Assembly (NCBI GenBank): GCA_051294375.1 | Contig: CM119267.1 | Coordinates: 3,925,260-3,989,259, forward strand | Direction: 5' to 3' | Source: Paraspadella gotoi | Taxonomy: Eukaryota; Animalia; Chaetognatha | DNA: 64,000 bases | Part shown: positions 63,519 through 64,000 of the stretch, piece by piece | How positions within the stretch are numbered: position 1 is the stretch's first letter | Layout of the letters: each line of letters opens with the position of its first letter | Notes under the pieces: generated by a model | What the model was told of the DNA's origin: nothing | Database searches by the model: none | The model's input: only the letters and a program-made list of their open reading frames with translations | Program-made: the position numbers and the translations under genes

Positions 63519-63880
63519 CGGATCTAGCTCGTCCAAATCGTCCTTCCTGTCGGTCGGTGGTCTTTTCCGAGAGAGGACGTTGACCAAAGCAAATTCCATC
63601 AGCGCGGCAAAGACGAACAACATGCAGGTTGACATCCAAACGTCGATCGCTTTGGTGTAAGATACGCGCGGCACGGACTGTTGCGAGGCTGAGAGTTGGG
63701 TGGTCATAGTGAGAACTGTTGTGACTCCGAGGGAAATTCGAGCTGGGACTGAATCACTGCTAATCCAAAAGGATACCCAGGAGAGTACAACAATTAATGT
63801 AGAAGGAATGTATGTTTGCAAAAGATAGAAACCAATTTCTCTTCCTAATGTAAATGACACTTGTAAACATGTGAAAGCAC
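63519..63880 (-). CDS. TM1-TM3 exon of anion-selective Cys-loop receptor (glycine/GluCl/GABA-receptor-like subunit)
   Basis: ctctcAG acceptor (phase 1); GAFTCL...YLLQTYIPS...SWVSFW...[17 protein letters not shown]...[10 protein letters not shown]...LMEFALVN; donor CCG|GTGAAT (phase 0) joins in frame to 62784. Upstream exons lie beyond the window. Confidence 0.95.
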
Positions 63881-63932
63881 CTGAGAGAGGAGGGACAGGG
63901 GGGCAGAGAGAGAGAGAGAGAGGAGAGAGAGA

Positions 63933-63963
<31 letters not shown>

Positions 63964-64000
63964 AAGTTAAAGAAAAAAAATTATTTTAGGTTAGGACAAT

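Overview
AT-rich, microsatellite-dense animal (probably invertebrate) genomic window from a draft assembly; it contains N gaps, and several stretches look like poorly polished long-read fill. Two host genes are supported. One is the last two coding exons of an anion-selective Cys-loop receptor (GlyR/GluCl/GABA-like, minus strand, 62620-63880). The other is a divergent XK-related (Xkr scramblase-like) membrane protein (plus strand, about 19542-23372). The rest is mostly mobile DNA: a full-length CsRn1-clade Ty3/Gypsy LTR retrotransposon (6750-12564, ATAC TSD, internal gag duplication), a related truncated solo LTR, degenerate Bel/Pao and LINE remnants, two large and several small Helentron-associated (HINE/DINE-1-like) elements, a hAT MITE with a perfect 8-bp TSD, a TIR family with telomere-like cores, a tRNA-derived SINE, tRNA pseudogenes, two Penelope-type minimal hammerhead ribozyme motifs, and many mini- and microsatellites. 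I found no clearly new multi-gene system. The best leads are the hammerhead-bearing insertions, the unusual Xkr-like protein, the CpG-decay signature in the Gypsy element and the nested HINE structures.
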